From: Calditrichia bacterium
GTDB lineage: Bacteria; Calditrichota; Calditrichia; JAJRVZ01
Length of the DNA: 64,000 nucleotides
Direction of reading: 5' to 3'
NCBI GenBank assembly: GCA_963777955.1
Contig: CAVZSQ010000013.1
Span: forward strand, 352,001-416,000
The notes beneath the pieces were generated by a model. It worked only from the letters and a program-made list of their open reading frames with translations. It did no database searches and was not told where the DNA came from. A program made the translations under genes and the position numbers. This document shows, one piece after another, positions 11,188 through 21,779 of the stretch (position 1 is its first letter; every line of letters starts with the position of its first letter).

Positions 11188-11350
11188 TATTACCGCCATG
11201 GCAGTAATATATACTATATTATAGTTTTTTTCAACTACTTAATATATATCAATTATAATTTTTACTGTCATAGCAGTAATAAATTAAGATTATTCCATAA
11301 AACTCACTGAAAACATTAATATTACCTAAAAAATATCGCTATAACGGTAA
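11188..11350. promoter_or_regulatory. Three imperfect 18-bp palindromes, putative HipB operators
   Basis: TTACCGCCATGGCAGTAA (11190-11207), TTACTGTCATAGCAGTAA (11262-11279), ATATCGCTATAACGGTAA (11333-11350); 71-72 bp spacing, immediately upstream of hipB. Confidence 0.65.
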
Positions 11351-11435
11351 TGTATTATCCCATAGGATTGAACTGCTATTTAATCAAAGCCAGATTCAAG
11401 CCAATGGGATCGTGCGCTCAACTTCCGGAAGAGTT

Positions 11436-11558
11436 ATGGATGCTGAAAACAGTCAGCAGCGGTTTGTTAATGACGGAAAAGCCTATTCCCGTGGTATCGA
11501 GTGCATCGTGCAGAAAAAATTAACCCGGCAGCATCCAAATAAAATATTTAACTTTTAA
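11436..11558 (+). pseudogene. Short relic resembling a TonB-dependent receptor barrel strand
   Basis: Translates MDAENSQQRFVNDGKAYSRGIECIVQKKLT; GC-richer than its flanks; resembles the G-x-AYSRGIE-xx-QKK strand of TonB receptors. Confidence 0.35.
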
Positions 11559-11615
11559 TAAATATTATGCTATCTTTTTCGATCTTCCGATGTCCATTCA
11601 ACTAAGGAGAGGAAA

Positions 11616-12176
11616 GTGCAAAAAGATGACAGCGTACTGGTCAAAGAAGTTCGTAATGGTTCACCTGGATCGTATGAGCAACTTATGGAGCGTTATCAAA
11701 ATCAGGTTTATCGCATTGCCTACAGTTACACCCGGAATAAAGAACAATCTCTGGATATTACTCAAAATGTATTCATCAAGGTCTATGAGAACCTGCATAA
11801 ATTCAGGGGGGACAGTCAATTTAAAACCTGGCTGCTGCGTATTACCTGTAATGAGAGCCAGAATTGGATCAAAAAAAATCTCCGATATCAGAGGGAGGAA
11901 GACTTGGAACCTTTATTGAGCCGGGACCAGACCAGGTTGAACCAGGAAGACGAACTGCTGGCCCGGGAAAACCGCACCTTGCTGCTGCACAGTTTATATG
12001 AATTGAACACCCGCCACCGCCTGGCTGTGATATTGCGCTATTTCGAGAATTACTCCATCAAAGAAATAGCCGATGTGCTGCATTGCAGTGACGGCATGGT
12101 AAAAAATATTCTGTTCCGCAGTTTACAAAAAATGAAAAATAATCTGCAACATACATTTGCCGGAGAGTATCAATGA
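11616..12176 (+). CDS. ECF RNA polymerase sigma factor
   Basis: DITQNVFIKVY, FRGDSQFKTWLLRI (region 2), YSIKEIADVL...VKNILFR (region 4); RBS AAGGAGAGG before GTG. Confidence 0.92.
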   Translation: MQKDDSVLVKEVRNGSPGSYEQLMERYQNQVYRIAYSYTRNKEQSLDITQNVFIKVYENLHKFRGDSQFKTWLLRITCNESQNWIKKNLRYQREEDLEPLLSRDQTRLNQEDELLARENRTLLLHSLYELNTRHRLAVILRYFENYSIKEIADVLHCSDGMVKNILFRSLQKMKNNLQHTFAGEYQ

Positions 12177-13118
12177 AAGAAACACGTGAATTAGAGAGTT
12201 TGATCGTCAAACTGCAGGCCGGTGAAATTACACCTGCAGAAGAACAGCGCTTACAGCAACTGGCCCGGATCTACCCTGCTTATCAAAACCTGATCCGCAC
12301 CCACCACTTGCTGACCCGGGCTTCACATTTAGTCGTTGAACCGGATGCCGCTGAATTCAAGCAGTCTGCGGGAAGCAGTACTGCAGAAGGTCAGGAACCG
12401 GCGACTGCGATCAAGAAAATTTACCGACTGGATCGAAACCATCCGTTTTTATTTACAACGGCCGGAGATTGCCGTGGCGGCACTGACTTTGCTGATCGGA
12501 TTTTTCCTGGGCCGCATATTACCAGCGGAAAGCCAGGGTACCCGGAGTTTTTTGAAACAAATCAATCTGATTGCCAGCGAGAATAAACAATTAGCCGACG
12601 TCCAGAATTCACCCTATCGTTACTCCAATGTTTCTTTTGATGAAATCGACGCCCGGAATATCGCGCTGAGTTTTGACGTCAGCACCCACATGGAACTGGT
12701 GCGGCCTAAAAGCGATCCTTTAGTACGGGAAGTTATCAGTCAGGCTCTGATAAATCCGGCGCAAAGCGGCTCAGAATTAAAAGTAATCTCTGTATCGGAA
12801 AATATGCTGGACAGAAAGATCAAAGAGGCTTTGATTTTTTCATTACATAATGCACCCATGCTGGCAGTGCGTATGAAGTCTTTGAATTCACTGTTAAAAT
12901 ACAGGGACGATGCCGAAGTTGAAGAAGCCTGTTTAAAAGTACTTCGTCAGGAAGAATCGGTACAGATGCGCCTGCTGGTGCTCGATTATCTGGAGGAAAT
13001 CAAATTCGACCGTAAAACCCTGAAAGCGGCGCTGGCCGGAGTGGATATGCGTAACAGCCCGGCCGTCCTGCTGAAGACCAATAAATATATCGATCAACAA
13101 GCAGAAATCAATAAATAG
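12173..13118 (+). CDS. Membrane-anchored anti-sigma factor-like protein with C-terminal HEAT-like helices; frameshift near 12360
   Basis: Overlaps the sigma stop codon. Joining ORF 12173 with the 12336 frame gives an N-terminal domain, one TM (IAVAALTLLIGFFLG) and HEAT-like AVRMKSL / QMRLLVLDYL segments. Confidence 0.7.
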
Positions 13119-13130
13119 GAAAGGAAAAAA

Positions 13131-14246
13131 ATGAAAAAGTTAACAGGCCTGCTGGCCGTATTAATCACACTTCTGTTCTGCAATTATTTGGCAGCCGGAC
13201 AGGATTTGAAACGCGAGTTTAAATTGGAATATGGTAAGAAAGTTGAGGTTGATCTTAATACCGGCGGATCCATCGAAATCAGGGGCTGGAATAAAGAACT
13301 GGTATCACTGACCGCCCGCAGTCATGATGCAGATATCGAGGAATTTAAATTCGAATTTGATGAGAGTTCCTCGGGGGTGCATATTCACGTTTCTAATTTT
13401 GATCATGATGGCGGTAGTGATATCGACCTGAAGTTATTCGTTCCTGAAAAATGTGATCTGGAACTGGAAACGATGGGCGGAGACATAACGGCTGATAATG
13501 TAGCAGGTATAATAGAAGGTAAAACCATGGGTGGTGATCTCGATCTAGCCAATCTGAAAGGAGAGGTGGATTTGACTACGATGGGTGGTGATATCCATGT
13601 TGAGAACTCGGAACTGGATGGCGAGGTAAAGACCATGGGCGGGGAAGTGACTTTTCAGGATGTCGGTGGAAACGTCAAGGGTTCAACTATGGGCGGTGAT
13701 GTTGAAATCCGCGGTACCAAAAATATTGTAAAAAAAGAAGTGAAAATCTCTACCATGGGCGGCGATATTAATATTGATTCAGCACCTGGTGGCGCGGATG
13801 TGCACACCATGGGGGGTGATATTACTGTGCGTTCTGCCGGAACCTTTGTCAAAGCTAAAACTATGGGGGGTGATATCGTTATCGATCAGGTTGATGGCGG
13901 TGCAAAGGTGTCCACCATGGGCGGTGATATTGTTGTTACCATGGTTGGCGACGTGAAACAGGGTGATCGCGATATCGATCTTTCTTCAATGGGGGGTGAT
14001 ATCACCCTGACCCTGCCGCAGGGTCTGTCCATCGATTTCAATATTAAACTGACCTATACCAAACGTTCCGCAGGGGAATACGAGATACGCTGCGATTTTC
14101 CTATTAAAATTGAAGAAAGTAAAGATTGGGATTATTCGAGAGGTTCAGCGCGAAAAGACATCACCGGCACCGGCAAGGTCGGCGATGGTAAATACCGGGT
14201 ACGCCTGGAAACAACAAATGGTAATATTACGGTCAAAAAAGGATAA
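13131..14246 (+). CDS. Secreted DUF4097 (adhesin-like) beta-strand repeat protein
   Basis: Signal peptide; ten [TS]MGG[DE] repeats; ends LETTNGNITVKKG. Confidence 0.85.
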   Translation: MKKLTGLLAVLITLLFCNYLAAGQDLKREFKLEYGKKVEVDLNTGGSIEIRGWNKELVSLTARSHDADIEEFKFEFDESSSGVHIHVSNFDHDGGSDIDLKLFVPEKCDLELETMGGDITADNVAGIIEGKTMGGDLDLANLKGEVDLTTMGGDIHVENSELDGEVKTMGGEVTFQDVGGNVKGSTMGGDVEIRGTKNIVKKEVKISTMGGDINIDSAPGGADVHTMGGDITVRSAGTFVKAKTMGGDIVIDQVDGGAKVSTMGGDIVVTMVGDVKQGDRDIDLSSMGGDITLTLPQGLSIDFNIKLTYTKRSAGEYEIRCDFPIKIEESKDWDYSRGSARKDITGTGKVGDGKYRVRLETTNGNITVKKG

Positions 14247-14265
14247 CAACAGATTAGCGAATTGG

Positions 14266-14308
14266 CCTCCGCAGGCACATCCCTGGGATGTGCCTGCGGA
14301 GGTTTTTT
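14266..14308 (+). terminator. Intrinsic terminator between convergent genes
   Basis: CCTCCGCAGGCACATCCC-T-GGGATGTGCCTGCGGAGG perfect stem followed by TTTTTT. Confidence 0.8.
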
Positions 14309-15284
14309 ATACCCGCTTGATGACCATAATGGTCAAATCATCATTACGGGTATCACCGTCCAGGAAGGAAGCTAAATCTTCCAGTATAATCCCCACTAAC
14401 TGCGACGCCGACAAATTCTGGAACTGGTTCAGTACATCTCCGATCCGGTCTATGCTATACTCATCCCCATTCTTATGCGCTTCGGAAAGCCCATCACTGT
14501 AAAGGAAGATACTTTCTCCCGGCTGTAATCTGAAATTCCTGACGGTATACTGGCTCTCGCATAATAAACCGATGGGCAGACCTGTCGCCTCGATTTTCTG
14601 CACCTGTCCATTCTGCAACAGGAACGGAGGGCAGTGACCGGCATTGCACAGTTCAATGCTGCCCTCCGGGGATAAACGACTGCAAATTAATGTACTGTAA
14701 TGACTGCTGAGGGTACTTTCACACAGGAGATGGTTGGCCCGTTCTACCAGTTTGCTGACCGGTAAATTGAATTCGATCATGCTGTGGAACATGGCATGCA
14801 GGTGCATCATTAACATTGAAGCCGCAATTCCTTTTCCGGAGACATCCCCCACGATCGCCAGCATATTTTTCTGCTCGTCTTTTAATTCCACCACATCACA
14901 ATAATCCCCGCTCACCGGTCCGGCCGCCTGATAATGATAATAGATCTGCCAGTTATTCAATAGAAAATTATTTTTTGGCAATAAAAATTGCTGCATGCGT
15001 CCAGCCAGATCAATATCCTGCTCCAGGGCACGTTGTTCGTTAGCATTCAGATGATCCAGGCAAACCCGCACCAGCGGATTTGATACCAGCCGGTCATGTT
15101 CGATAGGATCATGACATACTTCACATAAGCCATAGGTATTATGATCAATCCTCTCCAGGGCCAGATCGATTTCACGAAACAATTGTACCAACTGGGTATC
15201 TTTGCTATGGGTGAGTACGGACTTAAGACGATTTCGCCTGGCGATCAATTCGTCTTTGATCAGGGTATCGCGATTTACAGCCAT
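14307..15284 (-). CDS. SpoIIE/RsbU-type PP2C phosphatase with N-terminal DksA/TraR-like zinc finger
   Basis: ALERIDHNTYGLCEVCHDPIEHDRL...VCLDH, then VSGDYCD, GDVSGKG, NAGH, YSDGLSEA, DDLT. Confidence 0.88.
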   Translation of the reverse strand: MAVNRDTLIKDELIARRNRLKSVLTHSKDTQLVQLFREIDLALERIDHNTYGLCEVCHDPIEHDRLVSNPLVRVCLDHLNANEQRALEQDIDLAGRMQQFLLPKNNFLLNNWQIYYHYQAAGPVSGDYCDVVELKDEQKNMLAIVGDVSGKGIAASMLMMHLHAMFHSMIEFNLPVSKLVERANHLLCESTLSSHYSTLICSRLSPEGSIELCNAGHCPPFLLQNGQVQKIEATGLPIGLLCESQYTVRNFRLQPGESIFLYSDGLSEAHKNGDEYSIDRIGDVLNQFQNLSASQLVGIILEDLASFLDGDTRNDDLTIMVIKRV

Positions 15285-15334
15285 ACTGCTTTCCTTCAAT
15301 AAATAATCGATAGTGATGGTAGAAACTTGCTTAA

Positions 15335-16966
15335 CTAATTCTTAATTATGATCCGTTGTTGCGAACGGGTGGTAATATATTCCAACTTTTGCCAGAGGTC
15401 AAAGAATAAATTAACTTTAAATTTTTTTACCGGTCGCAGACCTGCGGCGGCCGTATCGGCAAATAATATCCTGTCATCGATTAAACTTTGCAGTAATTTT
15501 AGTGCCCCCGTGGTTCTGCTAACCTCAGTTTTGTATTGGTTGAATATTGAATTTAAACCGACTTCGGCATCAGCAAGTTCCAATCCCTTTAGAAAATTAA
15601 TGATCCGGCCGGTGATCATCAAGGTGAAAATCTCATCCCGGTCAGACCCGGCTCGGTCATACCCAAGGGCGCTGGAACGGCTGCAGATCATTTCGTTTGG
15701 GCTGAGCGGTGGAAAATCAGCAGCCGCAGGTGTTCCCGGTGTCAGATAGAAGGGGGATAATCCCAGTAGCACCGGCAGACGGCTGGTCAGTATTATTGTT
15801 TGGAGCATGCTGTGTAGTGATTCATTCGGTAAACCAAGGATTTGATATGAAACAATCCGAAAACCCAGATCACGTGCTGTTTGCACAACTTCCATATATT
15901 TATTCAGATCAGCTGTCCGGCGGTTTTCGCTTAAAACACCGGCATCCGAACTGACCAGGCTTACATTCAGATCCTGAAAACCGGCCTGGCGCATCAGTGG
16001 CAGTAACTCCCGGTCCAGGTTGAAATACGATATTCCATTCATGGCGGTACAGGTAATAGTACCGGCAGGAAAACTTTTGATCAGTTCCCGGCAGAGCGTT
16101 TTCATTTCGGGCAGATCAAAGGTCAGGTTATCGTCTTCAAAGTCAAATACGCGGTACCCCTGTTGATAACGCTGCTCTATTTCCGCCATAATATTTTTAA
16201 CACTACGCCGGCGGTAGTGCGGACCAAAGGTCTGCTGAACCGAGCAAAAAGAACAATGGTAGGGACAACCGCGTGAAGTGATGATGAAGGTCAATGGCAT
16301 GTTTTTATACCTGTACTGCTGTGGATCGAGATCCGCCAGATCGGGTATGGGCAAATCGTCCGTTGTGAAATTTTCTGCTCTTTGATTTAAAATTAATTGA
16401 CTGCCTGCTTTATAACCCAGATTCGGGACACCGGCAAAATCTTTATTACCCAGCCAGCTTTTCAAAAATTCCACCAGTGGTCTCTCTCCTTCTCCACGTA
16501 TGACATAATCTATTTCGGCATGTTGCAGCATTTGCTGCGGATCAGCCGAAACATGAGCGCCACCGACCAGCAGGGGCGCATTCCATTTGCTCCTGATTGC
16601 CGTAACTGTATCTAGTACCTGCTGATAATAAGGGGTGAACAGAGCAGAGATACCGACCAGATCGGGTTTTAGTTGAGATACTTCAGCGGCGATGGTCGCA
16701 TAACTTGCACCGAAGTGATAGAAATGATAGAAAGTGGAAAAGGGACTGTGATCAGGATATGCATAATATTCCTTTAAAAAATCCAATTCCGGCGGAGGGG
16801 TAACCGTATGTTTGCCCCAACCATGGTGGTAGTCTTTTATGATTACTTCAATCTGCGGAAGATATTTTTTTACCGTGGCTTTTAAGTAAGCCAGCCCGAT
16901 CGGCTGCAGGCGGATAGCGGTATCATAAAAATCCTGAGTGGGCGGTTGCAGCAATAACAGTTTCAT
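15335..16966 (-). CDS. Cobalamin-binding radical SAM protein
   Basis: PIGLAYL, DLVGIS, VGGAH, RGEGE (B12 domain); TSRGCPYHCSFC (CxxxCxxC); FEDDNL. Confidence 0.9.
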   Translation of the reverse strand: MKLLLLQPPTQDFYDTAIRLQPIGLAYLKATVKKYLPQIEVIIKDYHHGWGKHTVTPPPELDFLKEYYAYPDHSPFSTFYHFYHFGASYATIAAEVSQLKPDLVGISALFTPYYQQVLDTVTAIRSKWNAPLLVGGAHVSADPQQMLQHAEIDYVIRGEGERPLVEFLKSWLGNKDFAGVPNLGYKAGSQLILNQRAENFTTDDLPIPDLADLDPQQYRYKNMPLTFIITSRGCPYHCSFCSVQQTFGPHYRRRSVKNIMAEIEQRYQQGYRVFDFEDDNLTFDLPEMKTLCRELIKSFPAGTITCTAMNGISYFNLDRELLPLMRQAGFQDLNVSLVSSDAGVLSENRRTADLNKYMEVVQTARDLGFRIVSYQILGLPNESLHSMLQTIILTSRLPVLLGLSPFYLTPGTPAAADFPPLSPNEMICSRSSALGYDRAGSDRDEIFTLMITGRIINFLKGLELADAEVGLNSIFNQYKTEVSRTTGALKLLQSLIDDRILFADTAAAGLRPVKKFKVNLFFDLWQKLEYITTRSQQRIIIKN

Positions 16967-17019
16967 ATCAGCGGTTCATTGGCATATTAGTCAACCGGAT
17001 CATTGCCGAAGTTGTTCAA

Positions 17020-18596
17020 TTAATCTGTTCTTAATCGTCCTTTATGATTGGCCAGTTTCAAGGCCAGTTGACAGGTTAATTCCGAGATGCGTGCGATTTT
17101 TTTTATATTCAATTTATCCAGATCATCAGCGGGAGTATGATAATCTTTCATATAATAATCAAAGAAAAATATAGCCGGAATTCCCTGCAGTCCATAATTA
17201 AAATGATCACTGCGATAATAAGCCCGTTCCGGGTGATCTGGATTGTTTAAATCGTAATTAAATTTGAATCTGACCGTAGCGGCATTCACGGTTTCTGTTA
17301 TTTCCTGTAATTCCGGACTGATATGATCAGCACCCACGCTGTAAATGCTGTCCGCAGATCCCCCGCCGACCATATCCAGATTAATATATGCGATCATGCT
17401 CTGTGCGATATCCGCCTGTTGAGACAGATATTTCGAACCAAGCAGGCCTTTTTCTTCGGCAGTATGGAATATAACCAGCACAGAGCGTTTATTACGATGC
17501 TCCCTGGCCAGGGCTCCGGCCGCTTCCAGAATCAGCTGACTGTCCCGGAAGCATTATCATCGGCCCCATTATAGACCGTATCACCGGCCATACCTACGTG
17601 GTCATAATGGGCTCCGATACCCACATATTCATGGCGTAATTCTGCATCGGTACCCGGGATCATTCCGACAACATTATAAGCCTGCCTGATACTATCCGTA
17701 TTAAACTCCCAGGTCAGTCGTACCCGTTTTTTGAGTATAAATACCGGTAAGGTCTGGCGATTTGCCAGCAGGACCAGTAACGAATCAGCTGAATATTTTT
17801 CCGAGGCAAATAAGGGCCCCAGAGATCTTTCTCTGATTGAAATGGAAGGTATTGTAGGAAATTCAGATCGTTGACCTGTTGCTAATCCATCATCTTTTAA
17901 TTGCAGATTACCTTTTTGAACATATGCCTGCATTTTACTCCAGCCATAGGTTTTTTCGAATTGTGACAGAAGAATGATACCAATAGCGCCATGTGCGCCG
18001 GCATTAATAATTTTATGTCCAAAAAAAGCATAGCGTGACTCTTTAATGCCATTGAAATATGCACTGTCTGTACTACCCGGCTCACCGTAAAGTACAACAA
18101 CCACTTTTCCTTCGACCCCGATTCTGGCATAATCATCATAATTGAACTCCGCTGCGGTAATACCATATCCCGCAAAAACGATGCCGGCGGTGGTATCCAA
18201 TTTCGGATAATAGTGGCTCGCCCCGATAAAATCTTCGCCATACTGATAAGAATGGATCACATTACCCTGCTGGTCTTCCAGCTGTAATTGCGATTTTTCC
18301 GAGAAGCGAATTAACCTTAAATCGATGGTTTGCAGATATCCCGGGGCACCAGGCCAGGGAGAGACACCATATTTTTGCAACTCCGAACTTAGAAATAATG
18401 CCGCCAGTTTTTCTCCCCGCTTCGTCGCTTCGCGGCCTTCCAGATCATCAGCGGTCAGAAATTCAAGATTGGCCAGAATATTATGCGCAGAAATATTCGA
18501 CCTTCCATTTTTATCTTGCCCAACCTCATTGGCATTGGGATTACATCCCAGCATTATTCCGGTAATCATCAGCAATATGGCTGTATTTCTATTCAC
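17020..18596 (-). CDS. M28 family peptidase lipoprotein with PA domain; frameshift near 17535
   Basis: Lipobox MLGC, LEGREA, GAHYDHVG, YNGADDNASG; the second frame continues AEEKGLLGS, NLDMVG, RSDHFN, DYHTPADD. Confidence 0.88.
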
Positions 18597-18816
18597 AATC
18601 CACCTCCACTACCTGCCGGTTTATTAATTCATCCGCCTACCATAGAGCTATCAGATATTCGGTAACAAGATACCTGCAGTCCGCCGCTCCTGGTAAAATT
18701 AGGTTTTCATTATTACTTAACAAAATGTTTTTTATTTTTTTTAAGTAGATAAACCGGAGATGAATAAAACGATTAAGTAGTTAGTTATACCGTGATGAAT
18801 AGATTATCGGTTTGAA

Positions 18817-20907
18817 ATGAACAAAACGCCCAAAGTAAAATATACCAATGCACTTATCCGGGAGAGCAGTCCTTACCTCCTGCAGCACGCCCATAACCCG
18901 GTTAACTGGTATCCCTGGAATGAGCAGGCTTTGACCCTGGCCCGGACAGCAGATAAGCCAATCTTGCTCAGTATCGGTTATGCCGCCTGTCACTGGTGTC
19001 ATGTGATGGCCCATGAATCCTTCGAGGATGAGGAAACGGCAGCCTTGATGAACGAACATTTTATCTGTATCAAAGTTGACCGTGAGGAGCGGCCGGACAT
19101 CGATCAGGTTTATATGACTTTTGTACAAATGAGCAGCGGAGGAGGAGGATGGCCTCTGAATGTTTTTCTGACTCCCGATCAGCAGCCTTTCTTTGGCGGT
19201 ACCTATTTCCCGCCCACGGATCGTTTTAATTTGCCTTCCTGGCGCAAAGTTCTGGTTGAAGTAAGTCGTTTCTACCGGCAGGATAAAGCCCAGCTGCAGC
19301 AAAGTATCGGTCTGCTTGAACAGGTCTTTGGCCGCAACGCTGCTCCAGGCACCCTGATCCGGGAATTTGATTCTTCTATATTCAGGCAGGCCGTAGAAAA
19401 AATATCAATATTATATGATCCGCAATTTGGCGGTTTTGGTTCGGCTCCTAAATTTCCAGCAGTTCAGGTTATGGACTTTTTATTGCGGCACTATCATCGC
19501 AGCGGGGATACCCGGCAACTGAACATGGTGACGCACTCGCTGCGGCAAATGGCCTCTGGCGGCATTTACGATCACCTGGGGGGTGGATTTGCCCGTTACT
19601 CCGTTGACTCCAGGTGGTTGATTCCCCATTTTGAAAAAATGCTTTACGATAATGCCCAGCTGGCCGGTTTATATCTGGAAACCTTCCTGGTAACTTCTGA
19701 TCCCTTTTTCCTGAAAATTACCCGCGAAACACTGGATTTCGTAGCCAAGGAACTTCGGTCCAAAGACGGCAGTTTTTATTCCAGTCTTGATGCGGATAGT
19801 GAAGGAATCGAAGGAAAATATTACTTATGGGATCATGTTGAAGTAGAATCACTCCTGGCTGAAAAATATCCGGTCTTTGCGGATTATTACGATATATCTT
19901 ACAGGGGTAATCATGAAGGTAAAAATATTCTGCATATTCAATCTGATCTGGCCGGCACAGCAACCCGTTTCAATATAGCGGAAACCCGGGCCGCCCAGAT
20001 TTTAAATGACTGCCGGGTAAAATTATTTCAGGCCCGCAGTCGAAGAATTTCTCCAGCACTGGATTATAAAATTATTACTTCCTGGAATGCCCTGATGCTT
20101 TCGGCCTATGCCAAAGCATATCAGGTTTTACAGGATGAAAAGTACAGGCAGATCATTATTGATAATATTAATTTTCTGCATACCCGGCTGTTCAAAAACA
20201 GGCAACTGCTGCACACCTATAGTAAAGGACTGGCAAAACACCCCGGATTTCTGGACGATTATGCCTTGCTGATTAATGCTCTGTGGGATGCTTATGAAGC
20301 ACTATTCGATATGAACTATCTTGAGTGGGCTAAAGAACTTTTGGATTATGTCAATGAGCACTTCTGGGATGAACATGCCGCCGGTTACTTTTATACCTCC
20401 GATGTGCATTCCGCTCTTATTCAGCGTATGAAAGACGAGCATGACCAGTCCCTGCCATCCGCTACTGCCATTATGCTGCTTAACAACCTGCGCTTTCACA
20501 CACTCAGCGGCCAGACACATTTATGGCAGCGCAGCGAACGGGTCTTGCGGGCTTGTGCTCATGATATGGCTATAAATCCTTACGCTTATGGCAGCTATTT
20601 AATCGCACTGGATTTTTTTCTGCACAAACCGGAAGAAATCATCATGGCCTTGCCCGATCGGGCATCCGCGCAACCATTTAACCGGATCATCTTCAATTTC
20701 TTTCAACCCGGCAAGGTTGTATTTCAATTGACACCTGGTCAGCATTCCCCGCTTTTTAGTTCCGATCTATTTAAAAATAAAATTCCCCTGGATGGAAAAC
20801 CAACCGTCTATATCTGCCACAATAATACCTGTAGCAGTCCGGTTTGCACGGCGGAAGAATTAAAACAATTATTACTCAGCGGCCGTGAGGTCTTTTTAAA
20901 GCAGTAG
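18817..20907 (+). CDS. YyaL/SPATA20-like thioredoxin domain plus six-hairpin glycosidase-like protein
   Basis: SPYLLQHAHNPVNWYPW, CHWCHVMAHESFED, KVDREERPDID, PHFEKMLYDNA. Confidence 0.93.
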   Translation: MNKTPKVKYTNALIRESSPYLLQHAHNPVNWYPWNEQALTLARTADKPILLSIGYAACHWCHVMAHESFEDEETAALMNEHFICIKVDREERPDIDQVYMTFVQMSSGGGGWPLNVFLTPDQQPFFGGTYFPPTDRFNLPSWRKVLVEVSRFYRQDKAQLQQSIGLLEQVFGRNAAPGTLIREFDSSIFRQAVEKISILYDPQFGGFGSAPKFPAVQVMDFLLRHYHRSGDTRQLNMVTHSLRQMASGGIYDHLGGGFARYSVDSRWLIPHFEKMLYDNAQLAGLYLETFLVTSDPFFLKITRETLDFVAKELRSKDGSFYSSLDADSEGIEGKYYLWDHVEVESLLAEKYPVFADYYDISYRGNHEGKNILHIQSDLAGTATRFNIAETRAAQILNDCRVKLFQARSRRISPALDYKIITSWNALMLSAYAKAYQVLQDEKYRQIIIDNINFLHTRLFKNRQLLHTYSKGLAKHPGFLDDYALLINALWDAYEALFDMNYLEWAKELLDYVNEHFWDEHAAGYFYTSDVHSALIQRMKDEHDQSLPSATAIMLLNNLRFHTLSGQTHLWQRSERVLRACAHDMAINPYAYGSYLIALDFFLHKPEEIIMALPDRASAQPFNRIIFNFFQPGKVVFQLTPGQHSPLFSSDLFKNKIPLDGKPTVYICHNNTCSSPVCTAEELKQLLLSGREVFLKQ

Positions 20908-21760
20908 CCGTAATCTGATTGAATCCCAGTTTTGAGGCGATTATTTTGTCCAGAATCTTAGCGGGTATTACATGGGCCATGAGCCAATCCCTTAAGCGGG
21001 CGCGGGTTACTACATACTGGTTTTTAGGATTTTTACCGGTCAAAGCCTGTACAATAACGCGGCTCACCTGCGCTACAGGCATCATATCTTCCCGCGACCC
21101 GTTTACCATATAGTCACGCATGCGTTTCAGCGCCGGATAATAATCATTATGCTGATAATCCGTCAGTTCCGGCACTTTTTGCCAGATGGGGGTCCAGGTA
21201 CTGGCCGGGCGAATGATAATCACTTTAATTCCGTAGAGCAGCATTTCCCTGCGCAGGGCTGTCGATAATGCTTCCAGGGCATGCTTGGAAGCGCTGTATG
21301 GCCCCATGAACGGATAGGTTCTTCCCCCGCTGGTAGAACTGATATTAATTATCCGGCCCGGCGGGTAAGGTGAATTTTTTTCTGCGCCCAGTAAGGGCAA
21401 AAATGCCTGTATGACCGCCAGTTGCCCGTACAGATTTACCTCAAATTGCCAGCGCAACTGTTCCAGGGTGATGGCATTCAACGGTCCGGCCACGGCAATC
21501 CCGGCATTATTGATCAAAGCATATAAACCGCTCTGACCGATGTTAGCTTTGACCACCGGCACGGCTGCCATGATCTGCTGACCTTGGGTTACATCAAATA
21601 ACAAAGGTGTGCAGGTGTCACCACCAAAATCATTCCTTAATTTTTCGGCATCTTCCTGGCGGCGCACGCTGCCGAATACATGGTAGCCAAGATTAACCAG
21701 ATCTTTAACGCACTCGTAACCTATACCGCTGGATGCACCAGTAATCAGAACATGTTTCAT
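20876..21760 (-). CDS. Short-chain dehydrogenase/reductase
   Basis: ITGASSGIG, NNAG, YSASK. Confidence 0.92.
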   Translation of the reverse strand: MKHVLITGASSGIGYECVKDLVNLGYHVFGSVRRQEDAEKLRNDFGGDTCTPLLFDVTQGQQIMAAVPVVKANIGQSGLYALINNAGIAVAGPLNAITLEQLRWQFEVNLYGQLAVIQAFLPLLGAEKNSPYPPGRIINISSTSGGRTYPFMGPYSASKHALEALSTALRREMLLYGIKVIIIRPASTWTPIWQKVPELTDYQHNDYYPALKRMRDYMVNGSREDMMPVAQVSRVIVQALTGKNPKNQYVVTRARLRDWLMAHVIPAKILDKIIASKLGFNQITATALKRPHGR

Positions 21761-21779
21761 TTCCGAACACTACACCTAT

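Noticed and set aside
13470..14000. Regularly spaced ACnATGGGnGGnGA repeats resembling a CRISPR array
   Set aside because: They are in-frame codons for TMGGD protein repeats with synonymous variation; too short, and no cas genes or leader.
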